The notes under the pieces: generated by a model
What the model was told of the DNA's origin: nothing
Databases searched by the model: none
The model's input: only the letters and a program-made list of their open reading frames with translations
Program-made: the position numbers and the translations under genes
Shown here: positions 38,259 through 53,200 of the stretch, one piece after another
Position numbering within the stretch: the first letter of the stretch is position 1
Layout: the number at the start of each line of letters is the position of its first letter
Origin: Candidatus Oxydemutator sp.
GTDB lineage: Bacteria; Pseudomonadota; Gammaproteobacteria; Poriferisulfidales; Oxydemutatoraceae
Length of the DNA: 64,000 bases
Assembly (NCBI GenBank): GCA_965203445.1
Contig: OZ241883.1
Location: 1,056,001-1,120,000, forward strand
Direction of reading: 5' to 3'

Positions 38259-41200
38259 TTGGGAGGGGGGGTGGCTTGTTGCTTGAGTATTTGCACGGTA
38301 GCATTTGCGCAGACGACCGATTCCTATCAAGTCGGGTTTTCAGGCGGATCTATCTTCCACTCAGAGTCATTCTTCTCTCCCAGACCGAGTTTCATTCAAC
38401 TTTCCATCGGAGCGGGTTCAAGCCTGCCTACCACGTTGACCGCCGACGTCGTCATGCGTTGGCGGGTGACCACCCGCTCCGGCGTGGACAACCCGGCGGA
38501 ACCGGAAGATTTCCTGATCACCAGCGGCACGGTCACGTTTTCCGCCGGCATCGACGTCAGGCGTCCCGTATACCAGTCATTTTACGTGCCGATGCGTGAC
38601 GATAATCTCAACGAAGGTCAGGAGCAGTTCACTCTGCTCCTGGAAGTACTCGCCGGGCCCGCGACGACGTCGCTCGTACTTGCAAATACTCGAGACTCCG
38701 TAATTTTCGGGGACGAAAACGACCGGGCCGGCGTCGCCTTTGACTTCGAGGTCGGCGATCTTGCGGAAGGCTCGGCGACCACTTGGCATATCACGCTGTC
38801 GGATAGCGTACCGTTGGTGCCTTGGACTATGGATTACAGCGAGACGGGCGACGACGTTACGGACGCGGACTACAGGCTGATAGCCGTCTCCGGCGTCCGT
38901 TTCGAGGCGACGACTATAGGTGGCGGGTACGTCCACGTCGAGGCTGGCCCACTCACCAAGACCTTTATCGTCGAGATCGTGGACGACGGCTACAACGAAG
39001 CCCGCGAGGAGTTGAGGCTGCGATTTCGCAGACCCAAGAATCGCGAGGAAATCTATACGAACGCGATAGACGTGTCTCAGACGCTCACCATTCCCGCCAA
39101 CGACCCGACCACGTATTCGATGGAGGCGTCGTACCCGGGGATAGCCGAAGGCACTACCGCGGCATTTGTGGTGATCGCCGGCGGCGGCACGCCGACGGCG
39201 CCGGTGACCCTCGCGTGGAGCCTCGAAGGCACCGGCGTGAACCCCGCTAGCGCGTCTGATTTCGCACGTGTCTCGGGCATGGTGACGGTAACGCCCGGCG
39301 AGGCCCCGGCAATTCCGATACACGCGGTAAGGGACCGGTTCGCCGAGGAGAACGAGCAGTTCCGGTTGAACTTGGACGGCGCCTCTGGCGGGCGCCCGCA
39401 AGGCGGGGGCGCCATCGTCACCGGCCGGTCTTCGGGGTTGACGATGATCCTGTACAGCCTCGGGTCGGAAACGATGGGCCTGGAACGGGCCGCCTACACA
39501 ATCGAGGAAGGAAAAACCACGCAGGTGTGCGTAGTGGCGTCGCATCCCGTGCAGATGGATCGCGACGACTTCTATCTGTCGTTGTCCACCACGGCGACCG
39601 GGAGCGCCGTCGCCGATAGTCATTACGCCGCCTTTAGCGACCGCCTGGTCGGACCATTCAACGCCACCACGCAGCGCGCCTGTACGAGCGTCGAGGCGTT
39701 GGTGAACCTGCACGACGGCGGCGTCGAGGACTTTTCATTGGAGCTGAAGAAACCCGCCGGCCTTGCGCGGGTGGAGATCTCGACCGCCAGTGCGGCGGTG
39801 ACGATAACCAAAGGGGACGTGGTGGTGGCGGCGCTGAGCCGGGAATCGAGGTTCGGCGGAGCAGTCACCGATGAAAGCGAGTTTTCCATTATTCTCCACG
39901 TTGTATTGCTCGATACCGACGGCGGGAAGAATCCCATACAGTCACCTTGGCGAGAGGGCGCGATAATCGAATACAGATTGTCGGGCACGGCGCGCAGCGG
40001 GACGGAGACCGATGCCGCCCGCGATTACGCGGTCTTCTATATTCCCCCGGATAGCAGTGTATACGAGCCAGACGCCAAGTCATTTGACGTGGCGTCCTCG
40101 ACCGGGACGTTGCCGATCAACGTCAATAGTCAGCGGGGCGAGATCATCCTGGATCTGCACCAGGACAATCGCAACGAGGACGACGAGTATGTCACGATCG
40201 AATTGCTTCGGGTGGTGACCGGATCTTCGCGCATCCGCATTTTCGACTACGTCAGCAAGACCGCGACCACCATCATCGTCGACGACGATCCGATTGTGGT
40301 GCACGTGCAACCGCCGCCGCCGGCGGCGGAAGGCACCACCGCGGTGTACACCGTGTCGCTCGGCGCCGTCCCGACGCGCCCGGTGCGCGTTCCGTACCTC
40401 GTTACCACGAGCACCGAGACGACGACGCCGCGCGCCGCGCCACAGGACTTCGTCGGAACCTTCCCGCGCGCGGGCGCGCTGGTGTTCACGGAGGACGATT
40501 TTGCGACCAGGAGCGTGTCCGTTCCGGTCAGCCACGACGGCCTGACGGAAGATGCCGAGTATTTTCATCTGGTTGTGACGTCGAGCGCGATTACCGGGAG
40601 CTACGGGGCTGCGCGCACGCCGACGACGAGGTCTGAAGCGACGATACTTGCGAGCAATCAGCTCGACGTGTCGGCGGGCATCCTGCCGATGGATCTCTTT
40701 GGCGGTAGCGGTACCGAGTTTGATCTTGCGTTCGACGGTGTAACGCTGACGATAGACCTGACCGATGCCAATGGCAATCTGACGACGCCGACGGCACCGG
40801 TGGCGATTGCCTACAGGCTGTCGGGGACCGCCGTGGGCGGCGCGGCCAGAGGCGCCGGGATAGACTACCACTACACGTTCGACTACGACGAGGCGACGTC
40901 ATTGGGCGTGGCGATGATCACTCCGAGCAACCGATTCCCGGGCCGGGCGCTTTTGCCGATAACGGTAGTACCCGATCTGGTGAACGAGCCGAGCGAGGAA
41001 GTCAGGATAGAGTTGCGCGAGGTAACGATGGGCGGTTTGCTGGTGTCGTGGCCGCCGACGACGCCGAGCGCGAGTTTCACGATCCTGGACGATGATGCGA
41101 TTCGCTACGGGGTGGTCGTTGATCGGGTGCGCGTGTCCGAGGATGCGCAGGCGGTGGTGCGTTTCACGCTGGAGTTCAGGGAGGACAATCCCCGATACGC

Positions 41201-44200
41201 GTTGTTGAGGTCTGCGGGGGACATCGAGGTGCCCTATACGCTGACGGGTTCGGCGACGTATGGGGAGGATTACCGCGTCGTCGGATTGTCGTCGTCTAGG
41301 ACGATCCCGATAGCGGCGAGGGAGACGAGCACGTCGTTCGAGGTGGTGGTTTTGGATGACGCCAGCAACGAGGGTAGCGAGACGATCACGGTGTCGTTGG
41401 GTGAGCCGCCGATTATCGGCGTGGGTGCGGGGATAGTCTCGCGCAGCGCGACGCGGGGCGTGGCGACGGTAGTGATAGAGCGCAGTGATGCGGTTACGTA
41501 TTCGGTGGCGTCGCTGGTGTCGCGCGTGCGCGAGGGCGAGGACGCGGAGTTTGTGGTGGGATTGGAGGGCGGCGTGGCGGGTGCGCCGATAACGCTGACG
41601 TATGCGGTGTCTAGCAGCGATCCGAATCCGGGCGGTGCGGCGGACTTCGTGGGCGCGGCGACGGGCGAGGTGGCGATAGCGGCGGGCGTTAGCAGCGCGT
41701 CGCTGGCGATCCGTGTGGCGCAGGACGCGCGCGCGGAGTCCACCGAGACGCTGACGGTGCGCTTGACGGGTGTCGCGGTCGGCGACGGTGGCGGCGTCGT
41801 GGTCGCGGGGGTCACGTCGGCAAGCGTCGAGGTGTCGGCGAACGCGGCGACGTTGCGCACGTTCAGGGTTACCACGCGCACCGAGGTTGCGAGCGTCGGG
41901 GAGGGAGCCGTCGTCGGCTACGTGGTGACGTTGAGCGGCGCCGCGCCGGGCGCGGACGTGGACGTGGCGTGGGGGGTTGCGGGTATCGGTGTCAATCCGG
42001 CGTCGTCGGAAGATTTCGTGGCGGTGTCGGGCACGGTGAGGTTCACGCCGATGGATGCGTCGGGCAGCACGAGGGGTTTCGTGGTCGGGATAGCCGAGGA
42101 CACGCTGAACGAGGGAGACGAGAGATACGCGGTAGGGCTTACGATGCCGGACGCGGACTCGGCGGTGTCGGGGATGCCGGAGTTGACGATAACGGACGAC
42201 GTTGCTGATCGCCTGGAGCTTTCGATCAGTCGCATAGACGCCGGCGACTTGTCGGAGGGTGCGGTGGACGCGGCGGATCGTCGCGCCGAGTTTCGGGTGC
42301 AGGTGGGGGCCTCGACGGCCACGGCGGCGGTTACGTTTTCGTTGACGGTTACTGGAAGCGGGGTTACGTCCGGGGACTACGGCGGTGTGGTGGATGGCGC
42401 GCCGCTTGTGATTCGTGCGCCGAGCACGCGCATGGTGGTGGTGTTGGAGGCGTTGGACGACAACTTGAACGAGGGGGACGAGGAGTTGATAGTGGGTTTG
42501 GACGCCGGGGTGCGCAGCGCGGGTGCTGCGGGTCTGGTATCGGACGCGCGGATGACGACGGCCACGGCGACGATCAGTCGCAACGATGCGACGCTGGTGT
42601 CGGTGTCGGGGGTGGCGAGCGTCGGCGTGTCCGAGGGCAGCAGCGCGGTGTTTGCGTTGAGTCTGTCGGGCGGCGAGGCGACGTTGCCGGTGCTGGTTGA
42701 ATGGAGGGTTACGACGGGGGCGTCGGTCGGCGAGGCGTCGGACGAGGACTTTGAGCGAACGTCTGGGGTCTCGGAGTTTGCGGTGGGGACGACGACGGTT
42801 CGGGTGTATGTTGCGATACGCAGCGACGGTCTGGCCGAGGGGGTCGAGACGTATGATTTGAGGTTGTCGCGTGCGCGCGGCGGCGGTGGCGGGGGTGCGT
42901 CGGTGGATGCGGCGTCCGGGTCGGCGACGGGGACGATACTTGCGAGCAATCAGCTCGACGTGTCGGCTGGCATCCTGCCGATGGATCTCTTTGGCGGTAG
43001 CGGTACCGAGTTTGATCTTGCGTTCGACGGTGTAACGCTGACGATAGACCTGACCGATGCCAATGGCAATCTGACGACGCCGACGGCACCGGTGGCGATC
43101 ACCTACAGGCTGTCGGGGACGGCCGTGGGCGGCGCGGCTACCGAGGCGAGGCGGGATTACACGTGGCCCGTGGGTTACAGCTCGACGGCGTCATCGGGCG
43201 TGGCGGTGATCACTCCGAGCAACCGATTCCCGGGCCGGGCGCTTTTGCCGATAACGGTAGTACCCGATCTGGTGAACGAGCCGAGCGAGGAAGTCAGGAT
43301 AGAGTTGCGCGAGGTAACGATGGGCGGTTTGCTGGTGTCGTGGCCGCCGACGACGCCGAGCGCGAGTTTCACGATCCTGGACGATGATGCGATTCGCTAC
43401 GGGGTGGTCGTTGATCGGGTGCGCGTGTCCGAGGATGCGCAGGCGGTGGTGCGTTTCACGCTGGAGTTCAGGGAGGACAATCCCCGATACGCGTTGTTGA
43501 GGTCTGCGGGGGACATCGAGGTGCCCTATACGCTGACGGGTTCGGCGACGTATGGGGAGGATTACCGCGTCGTCGGATTGTCGTCGTCTAGGACGATCCC
43601 GATAGCGGCGAGGGAGACGAGCACGTCGTTCGAGGTGGTGGTTTTGGATGACGCCAGCAACGAGGGTAGCGAGACGATCACGGTGTCGTTGGGTGAGCCG
43701 CCGGTGGTGAGCACGGGCGCGGGGGTGGTTACGCGCAGCGCGACGCAGTTCATGGCGACGGTAGTGATAGAGCGCAGCGATGCGGTTACGTATTCGGTGG
43801 CGTCGCTGGTGTCGCGCGTGCGCGAGGGCGAGGACGCGGAGTTTGTGGTGGGATTGGAGGGCGGTGTGGCGGGTGCGCCGATAACGCTGACGTATGCGGT
43901 GTCTAGCAGCGATCCGAATCCGGGCGGTGCGGCGGACTTCGTGGGCGCGGCGACGGGCGAGGTGGCGATAGCGGCGGGCGTTAGCAGCGCGTCGCTGGCG
44001 ATCCGTGTGGCGCAGGACGCGCGTGCGGAGTCCGCCGAGACGCTGACGGTGCGCTTGACGGGTGTCGTGGTCGGCGCCGGCGGCGGCGTCGTGGTCGCGG
44101 GGGTCACGTCGGCAAGCGTCGAGGTGTCGGCGAACGCGGCGACGTTGCGCACGTTCAGGGTTACCACGCGCACCGAGGTTGCGAGCGTCGGGGAGGGCGC

Positions 44201-47200
44201 CGTCGTCGGCTACGTGGTGACGTTGAGCGGCGCCGCGCCGGGCGCGGACGTGGACGTGGCGTGGGGGGTCGCGGGTATCGGTGTCAATCCGGCGTCGTCG
44301 GAGGATTTCGTGGCAGTGTCGGGCACGGTGAGGTTCACGCCGTCGGATGCGTCGGGCAGCACGAGGGGTTTTGTGGTCGGGATAGCCGAGGACACGCTGA
44401 ACGAGGGAGACGAGAGATACGCGGTAAGGCTTACGATGCCGGACGCGGACTCGGCGGTGTCGGGGATGCCGGAGTTGACGATAACGGACGATGTTGCTGA
44501 TCGCCTGGAGCTTTCGATCAGTCGCATAGACGCCGGCGACTTGTCGGAGGGTGCGGTGGACGCGGCGGATCGTCGCGCCGAGTTTCGGGTGCAGGTGGGG
44601 GCCTCGACGGCCACGGCGGCGGTTACGTTTTCGTTGACGGTTACTGGAAGCGGGGTTACGTCCGGGGACTACGGCGGTGTGGTGGATGGCGCGCCGCTTG
44701 TGATTCGTGCGCCGAGCACGCGCATGGTGGTGGTGTTGGAGGCGTTGGACGACAACTTGAACGAGGGGGACGAGGAGTTGATAGTGGGTTTGGACGCCGG
44801 GGTGCGCAGCGCGGGTGCTGCGGGTCTGGTATCGGACGCGCGGATGACGACGGCCACGGCGACGATCAGTCGCAACGATGCGACGCTGGTGTCGGTGTCG
44901 GGGGTGGCGAGCGTCGGCGTGTCCGAGGGCAGCAGCGCGGTGTTTGCGTTGAGTCTGTCGGGCGGCGAGGCGACGTTGCCGGTGCTGGTTGAATGGCGTG
45001 TTACGACGGGGGCGTCGGTCGGCGAGGCGTCGGACGAGGACTTTGAGCGAACGTCTGGGGTCTCGGAGTTTGCGGTGGGGACGACGACGGTTCGGGTGTA
45101 TGTTGCGATACGCAGCGACGGTCTGGCCGAGGGGGTCGAGACGTATGATTTGAGGTTGTCGCGTGCGCGCGGCGGTGGCGGCGGCGGTGCGTCGGTGGAT
45201 GCGGCGTCCGGGTCGGCGACGGGGACGATACTTGCGAACGATCCGCTCGCGGTGTCGCTTTCGGTGCTGCCCGCGAACATACCGTCCGACGGTCTTCGAG
45301 AAGCCGAATATGCCGTTGTTCCTCCGGCGTTTCGGATAGGCCTGCTGGATGCCTTCGGGACGCCGACGCGGGCGCCGTCGCCGGTGGCGATCACCTACAG
45401 GCTGTCGGGTGCGGCCGCGGGCGGAACGGCTACCGAGGCGAGGCGGGATTACACGTGGCCCGTGGGTTACAGCGCGGCGTCGGCGTCCGGCGTGGCGCGG
45501 ATCACAGGCGCCGCCAGTTCGGCGCGGGTCGTGGTAGTCGTAGTGGACGATATGTTGAACGAGTCGAGTGAGAGGGTCGGCATCGAATTGCTCGAAGTTG
45601 CGACGGGCGGTGCGCTGGTGTCGTGGCCGCCGCCGACGACGGGCACGGGTTTCACGATCCTGGACGATGATGCGATTGGCTACGGGGTGGTCGTTGATCG
45701 CGCGCGCGTATCCGAAGCGGCGTCGTCGCGGGCGACGTTCACGTTGGAGTTGAGGAGCGCTTTGAACCGGCCGCTGGCGTCGGCGGGCGACGTCGAGGTG
45801 CCCTATACGCTGACGGGTTCGGCGGCGTATGGGGAGGACTACCGCGTTGGTTTGTCGTCGTCTGGGATGATCCGTTTGGCGGCGGGGTCGACGAGCGCGT
45901 CGTTCGAGGTGGTGGTTTTGGATGACGCCAGCAACGAGGGTAGCGAGACGATCACGGTGTCGTTGGGTGAGCCGCCGGTGGTGAGCACGGGCGCGGGGGT
46001 GGTTACGCGCAGCGCGACGCAGTTCATGGCGACGGTAGTGATAGAGCGCAGCGATGCGGTTACGTATTCGGTGGCGTCGCTGGTGTCGCGCGTGCGCGAG
46101 GGCGAGGACGCGGAGTTTGTGGTGGGATTGGAGGGCGGTGTGGCGGGTGCGCCGATAACGCTGACGTATGCGGTGTCTAGCAGCGATCCGAATCCGGGCG
46201 GTGCGGCGGACTTCGTGGGCGCGGCGACGGGCGAGGTGGCGATAGCGGCAGGTGTTAGCAGCGCGTCGCTGGCGATCCGTGTGGCGCAGGACGCGCGCGC
46301 GGAGTCCGCCGAGACGCTGACGGTGCGCTTGACGGGTGTCGCGGTCGGCGCCGGCGGCGGCGTCGTGGTCGCGGGCGTCACGTCGGCAAGCGTCGAGGTG
46401 TCGGCGAACGCGGCGACGTTGCGCACGTTCAGGGTTACCACGCGCACCGAGGTTGCGAGCGTCGGGGAGGGAGCCGTCGTCGGCTACGTGGTGACGTTGA
46501 GCGGCGCCGCGCCGGGCGCGGACGTGGACGTGGCGTGGGGGGTTGCGGGTATCGGTGTCAATCCGGCGTCGTCGGAAGATTTCGTGGCGGTGTCGGGCAC
46601 GGTGAGGTTCACGCCGTCGGATGCGTCGGGCAGCACGAGGGGTTTCGTGGTCGGGATAGCCGAGGACACGCTGAACGAGGGAGACGAGAGATACGCGGTA
46701 AGGCTTACGATGCCGGACGCGGACTCGGCGGTGTCGGGGATGCCGGAGTTGACGATAACGGACGACGTTGCTGATCGCCTGGAGCTTTCGATCAGTCGCA
46801 TAGACGCCGGCGATTTGTCGGAGGGTGCGGTGGACGCGGCGGATCGTCGCGCCGAGTTTCGGGTGCAGGTGGGGGCCTCGACGGCCACGGCGGCGGTTAC
46901 GTTTTCGTTGACGGTTACTGGAAGCGGGGTTACGTCCGGGGACTACGGCGGTGTGGTGGATGGCGCGCCGCTTACGATCCGTGCGCCGAGCACGCGCATG
47001 GTGGTGGTGTTGGAGGCGTTGGACGACAACTTGAACGAGGGGGACGAGGAGTTGATAGTGGGTTTGGACGCCGGGGTGCGCAGCGCGGGTGCTGCGGGTC
47101 TGGTATCGGACGCGCGGATGACGACGGCCACGGCGACGATCAGCCGCAACGATGCGACGCTGGTGTCGGTGTCGGGGGTGGCGAGCGTCGGCGTGTCCGA

Positions 47201-50200
47201 GGGCAGCAGCGCGGTGTTTGCGTTGAGTCTGTCGGGCGGCGAGGCGACGTTGCCGGTGCTGGTTGAATGGCGTGTTACGACGGGGGCGTCGGTCGGCGAG
47301 GCGTCGGACGAGGACTTTGAGCGAACGTCTGGGGTTTCGGAGTTTGCGGTGGGGACGACGACGGTTCGGGTGTATGTTGCGATACGCAGCGACGGTCTGG
47401 CCGAGGGGGTCGAGACGTATGATTTGAGGTTGTCGCGTGCGCGCGGCGGCGGTGGCGGCGGTGCGTCGGTGGATGCGGCGTCCGGGTCGGCGACGGGGAC
47501 GATACTTGCGAACGATCCGCTCACGGTGTCGCTTTCGGTGCTGCCCGCGAACATACCGTCCGACGGTCTTCGAGAGACCGAATATGCCGGTGTTCCTCCG
47601 GCGTTTCGGATAGGCCTGCTGGATGCCTTCGGGACGCCGTCGCGGGCGCCGTCGCCGGTGGCGATTACCTACAGGCTGTCGGGGGCGGCCGCGGGCGGAA
47701 CGGCTACCGAGGCGAGGCGGGATTACACGTGGCCCGTGGGTTACAGCGCGGCGTCGGCGTCCGGGGTGGCGCGTATCACAGGCGCCGCCAGTTCGGCGCG
47801 GGTCGTGGTAGTCGTAGTGGACGATGTGTTGAACGAGTCGAGCGAGAGGGTCGGCATCGAATTGCTCGAAGTTGCGACGGGCGGTGCGCTGGTGTCGTGG
47901 CCGCCGCCGACGACGGGCACGGGTTTCACGATCCTGGACGATGATGCGATTGGCTACGGGGTGGTCGTTGATCGCGCGCGCGTATCTGAAGCGTCGTCGT
48001 CGCGGGCGACGTTCACGTTGGAGTTGAGGGGCGCTTTGAACCGGCCGCTGGCGTCGGCGGGCGACGTCGAGGTGCCCTATACGCTGACGGGTTCGGCGGC
48101 GTATGGGGAGGACTACCGCGTTGGTTTGTCGTCGTCTGGGATGATCCGTTTGGCGGCGGGGTCGACGAGCGCGTCGTTCGAGGTGGTGGTTTTGGATGAC
48201 GCCAGCAACGAGGGTAGCGAGACGATCACGGTGTCGTTGGGTGAGCCGCCGGTGGTGAGCACGGGCGCGGGGGTGGTTACGCGCAGCGCGACGCAGTTCA
48301 TGGCGACGGTAGTGATAGAGCGCAGCGATGCGGTTACGTATTCGGTGGCGTCGCTGGTGTCGCGCGTGCGCGAGGGCGAGGACGCGGAGTTTGTGGTGGG
48401 ATTGGAGGGCGGTGTGGCGGGTGCGCCGATAACGCTGACGTATGCGGTGTCTAGCAGCGATCCGAATCCGGGCGGTGCGGCGGACTTCGTGGGCGCGGCG
48501 ACGGGCGAGGTGGCGATAGCGGCGGGCGTTAGCAGCGCGTCGCTGGCGATCCGTGTGGCGCAGGACGCGCGCGCGGAGTCCGCCGAGACGCTGACGGTGC
48601 GCTTGACGGGTGTCGCGGTCGGCGCCGGCGGCGGCGTCGTGGTCGCGGGGGTCACGTCGGCAAGCGTCGAGGTGTCGGCGAACGCGGCGACGTTGCGCAC
48701 GTTCAGGGTTACCACGCGCACCGAGGTTGCGAGCGTCGGGGAGGGCGCCGTCGTCGGCTACGTGGTGACGTTGAGCGGCGCCGCGCCGGGCGCGGACGTG
48801 GACGTGGCGTGGGGGGTTGCGGGTATCGGTGTCAATCCGGCGTCGTCGGAAGATTTCATGGCGGTGTCGGGCACGGTGAGGTTCACGCCGTCGGATGCGT
48901 CGGGCAGCACGAGGGGTTTTGTGGTCGGGATAGCCGAGGACACGCTGAACGAGGGAGACGAGAGATACGCGGTAAGGCTTACGATGCCGGACGCGGACTC
49001 GGCGGTGTCGGGGATGCCGGAGTTGACGATAACGGACGACGTTGCTGATCGCCTGGAGCTTTCGATCAGTCGCATAGACGCCGGCGATTTGTCGGAGGGT
49101 GCGGTGGACGCGGCGGATCGTCGCGCCGAGTTTCGGGTGCAGGTGGGGGCCTCGACGGCCACGGCGGCGGTTACGTTTTCGTTGACGGTTACTGGAAGCG
49201 GGGTTACGTCCGGGGACTACGGCGGTGTGGTGGATGGCGCGCCGCTTGTGATCCGTGCGCCGAGCACGCGCATGGTGGTGGTGTTGGAGGCGTTGGACGA
49301 CAACTTGAACGAGGGGGACGAGGAGTTGATAGTGGGTTTGGACGCCGGGGTGCGCAGCGCGGGTGCTGCGGGTCTGGTATCGGACGCGCGGATGACGACG
49401 GCCACGGCGACGATCAGCCGCAACGATGCGACGCTGGTGTCGGTGTCGGGGGTGGCGAGCGTCGGCGTGTCCGAGGGCAGCAGCGCGGTGTTTGCGTTGA
49501 GTCTGTCGGGCGGCGAGGCGACGTTGCCGGTGCTGGTTGAATGGCGTGTTACGACGGGGGCGTCGGTCGGCGAGGCGTCGGACGAGGACTTTGAGCGAAC
49601 GTCTGGGGTCTCGGAGTTTGCGGTGGGGACGACGACGGTTCGGGTGTATGTTGCGATACGCAGCGACGGTCTGGCCGAGGGGGTCGAGACGTATGATTTG
49701 AGGTTGTCGCGTGCGCGCGGCGGTGGCGGCGGCGGTGCGTCGGTGGATGCGGCGTCCGGGTCGGCGACGGGGACGATACTTGCGAACGATCCGCTCACGG
49801 TGTCGCTTTCGGTGCTGCCCGCGAACATACCGTCCGACGGTCTTCGAGAGACCGAATATGCCGTTGTTCCTCCGGCGTTTCGGATAGGCCTGCTGGATGC
49901 CTTCGGGACGCCGACGCGGGCGCCGTCGCCGGTGGCGATCACCTACAGGCTGTCGGGTGCGGCCGCGGGCGGAACGGCTACCGAGGCGAGGCGGGATTAC
50001 ACGTGGCCCGTGGGTTACAGCGCGGCGTCGGCGTCCGGCGTGGCGCGTATCACAGGCGCCGCCAGTTCGGCGCGGGTCGTGGTAGTCGTAGTGGACGATA
50101 TGTTGAACGAGTCGAGTGAGAGGGTCGGCATCGAATTGCTCGAAGTTGCGACGGGCGGTGCGCTGGTGTCGTGGCCGCCGCCGACGACGGGCACGGGTTT

Positions 50201-53200
50201 CACGATCCTGGACGATGATGCGATTGGCTACGGGGTGGTCGTTGATCGCGCGCGCGTATCCGAAGCGGCGTCGTCGCGGGCGACGTTCACGTTGGAGTTG
50301 AGGAGCGCTTTGAACCGGCCGCTGGCGTCGGCGGGCGACGTCGAGGTGCCCTATACGCTGACGGGTTCGGCGGCGTATGGGGAGGACTACCGCGTTGGTT
50401 TGTCGTCGTCTGGGATGATCCGTTTGGCGGCGGGGTCGACGAGCGCGTCGTTCGAGGTGGTGGTTTTGGATGACGCCAGCAACGAGGGTAGCGAGACGAT
50501 CACGGTGTCGTTGGGCGAACCGCCGATTATCGGCGTGGGTGCGGGGATAGTCTCGCGCAGCGCGACGCAGTTCATGGCGACGGTAGTGATAGAGCGCAGC
50601 GATGCGGTTACGTATTCGGTGGCGTCGCTGGTGTCGCGCGTGCGCGAGGGCGAGGACGCGGAGTTTGTGGTGGGATTGGAGGGCGGTGTGGCGGGTGCGC
50701 CGATAACGCTGACGTATGCGGTGTCTAGCAGCGATCCGAATCCGGGCGGTGCGGCGGACTTCGTGGGCGCGGCGACGGGCGAGGTGGCGATAGCGGCGGG
50801 TGTTAGCAGCGCGTCGCTGGCGATCCGTGTGGCGCAGGACGCGCGCGCGGAGTCCACCGAGACGCTGACGGTGCGCTTGACGGGTGTCGCGGTCGGCGCC
50901 GGCGGCGGCGTCGTGGTCGCGGGCGTCACGTCGGCAAGCGTCGAGGTGTCGGCGAACGCGGCGACGTTGCGCACGTTCAGGGTTACCACGCGCACCGAGG
51001 TTGCGAGCGTCGGGGAGGGAGCCGTCGTCGGCTACGTGGTGACGTTGAGCGGCGCCGCGCCGGGCGCGGACGTGGACGTGGCGTGGGGGGTCGCGGGTAT
51101 CGGTGTCAATCCGGCGTCGTCGGAAGATTTCGTGGCGGTGTCGGGCACGGTGAGGTTCACGCCGATGGATGCGTCGGGCAGCACGAGGGGTTTCGTGGTC
51201 GGGATAGCCGAGGACACGCTGAACGAGGGAGACGAGAGATACGCGGTAAGGCTTACGATGCCGGACGCGGACTCGGCGGTGTCGGGGATGCCGGAGTTGA
51301 CGATAACGGACGACGTTGCTGATCGCCTGGAGCTTTCGATCAGTCGCATAGACGCCGGCGATTTGTCGGAGGGTGCGGTGGACGCGGCGGATCGTCGCGC
51401 CGAGTTTCGGGTGCAGGTGGGGGCCTCGACGGCCACGGCGGCGGTTACGTTTTCGTTGACGGTTACTGGAAGCGGGGTTACGTCCGGGGACTACGGCGGT
51501 GTGGTGGATGGCGCGCCGCTTACGATCCGTGCGCCGAGCACGCGCATGGTGGTGGTGTTGGAGGCGTTGGACGACAACTTGAACGAGGGGGACGAGGAGT
51601 TGATAGTGGGTTTGGACGCCGGGGTGCGCAGCGCGGGTGCTGCGGGTCTGGTATCGGACGCGCGGATGACGACGGCCACGGCGACGATCAGCCGCAACGA
51701 TGCGACGCTGGTGTCGGTGTCGGGGGTGGCGAGCGTCGGCGTGTCCGAGGGCAGCAGCGCGGTGTTTGCGTTGAGTCTGTCGGGCGGCGAGGCGACGTTG
51801 CCGGTGCTGGTTGAATGGCGTGTTACGACGGGGGCGTCGGTCGGCGAGGCGTCGGACGAGGACTTTGAGCGAACGTCTGGGGTCTCGGAGTTTGCGGTGG
51901 GGACGACGACGGTTCGGGTGTATGTTGCGATACGCAGCGACGGTCTGGCCGAGGGGGTCGAGACGTATGATTTGAGGTTGTCGCGTGCGCGCGGCGGTGG
52001 CGGCGGCGGTGCGTCGGTGGATGCGGCGTCCGGGTCGGCGACGGGGACGATACTTGCGAACGATCCGCTCACGGTGTCGCTTTCGGTGCTGCCCGCGAAC
52101 ATACCGTCCGACGGTCTTCGAGAGACCGAATATGCCGTTGTTCCTCCGGCGTTTCGGATAGGCCTGCTGGATGCCTTCGGGACGCCGACGCGGGCGCCGT
52201 CGCCGGTGGCGATCACCTACAGGCTGTCGGGTGCGGCCGCGGGCGGAACGGCTACCGAGGCGAGGCGGGATTACACGTGGCCCGTGGGTTACAGCGCGGC
52301 GTCGGCGTCCGGCGTGGCGCGTATCACAGGCGCCGCCAGTTCGGCGCGGGTCGTGGTAGTCGTAGTGGACGATATGTTGAACGAGTCGAGCGAGGGGGTC
52401 GGCATCGAATTGCTCGGAGTTGCGACGGGCGGTGCGCTGGTGTCGTGGCCGCCGACGACGACGGGCACGGGTTTCACGATCCTGGACGATGATGCGATTG
52501 GCTACGGGGTGGTCGTTGATCGCGCGCGCGTATCCGAAGCGGCGTCGTCGCGGGCGACGTTCACGTTGGAGTTGAGGAGTGCTTTGAACCGGCCGCTGGC
52601 GTCGGCGGGCGACGTCGAGGTGCCCTATACGCTGACGGGTTCGGCGACGTATGGGGAGGACTACCGCGCCGGGTTGTCGTCGTCTGGGATGATCCGTTTG
52701 GCGGCGGGGTCGACGAGCGCGTCGTTCGAGGTGGCGGTTTTGGATGACGCCAGCAACGAGGATAGCGAGACGATCACGGTGTCGTTGGGCGAACCGCCGA
52801 TTATCGGCATCGGTGCGGGGATAGTCTCGCGCAGCGCGACGCAGTTCATGGCGACGGTAGTGATAGAGCGCAGCGATGCGGTTACGTATTCGGTGGCGTC
52901 GCTGGTGTCGCGCGTGCGCGAGGGCGAGGACGCGGAGTTTGTGGTGGGATTGGAGGGCGGTGTGGCGGGTGCGCCGATAACGCTGACGTATGCGGTGTCT
53001 AGCAGCGATCCGAATCCGGGCGGTGCGGCGGACTTCGTGGGCGCGGCGACGGGCGAGGTGGCGATAGCGGCGGGCGTTAGCAGCGCGTCGCTGGCGATCC
53101 GTGTGGCGCAGGACGCGCGTGCGGAGTCCGCCGAGACGCTGACGGTGCGCTTGACGGGTGTCGTGGTCGGCGCCGGCGGCGGCGTCGTGGTCGCGGGGGT

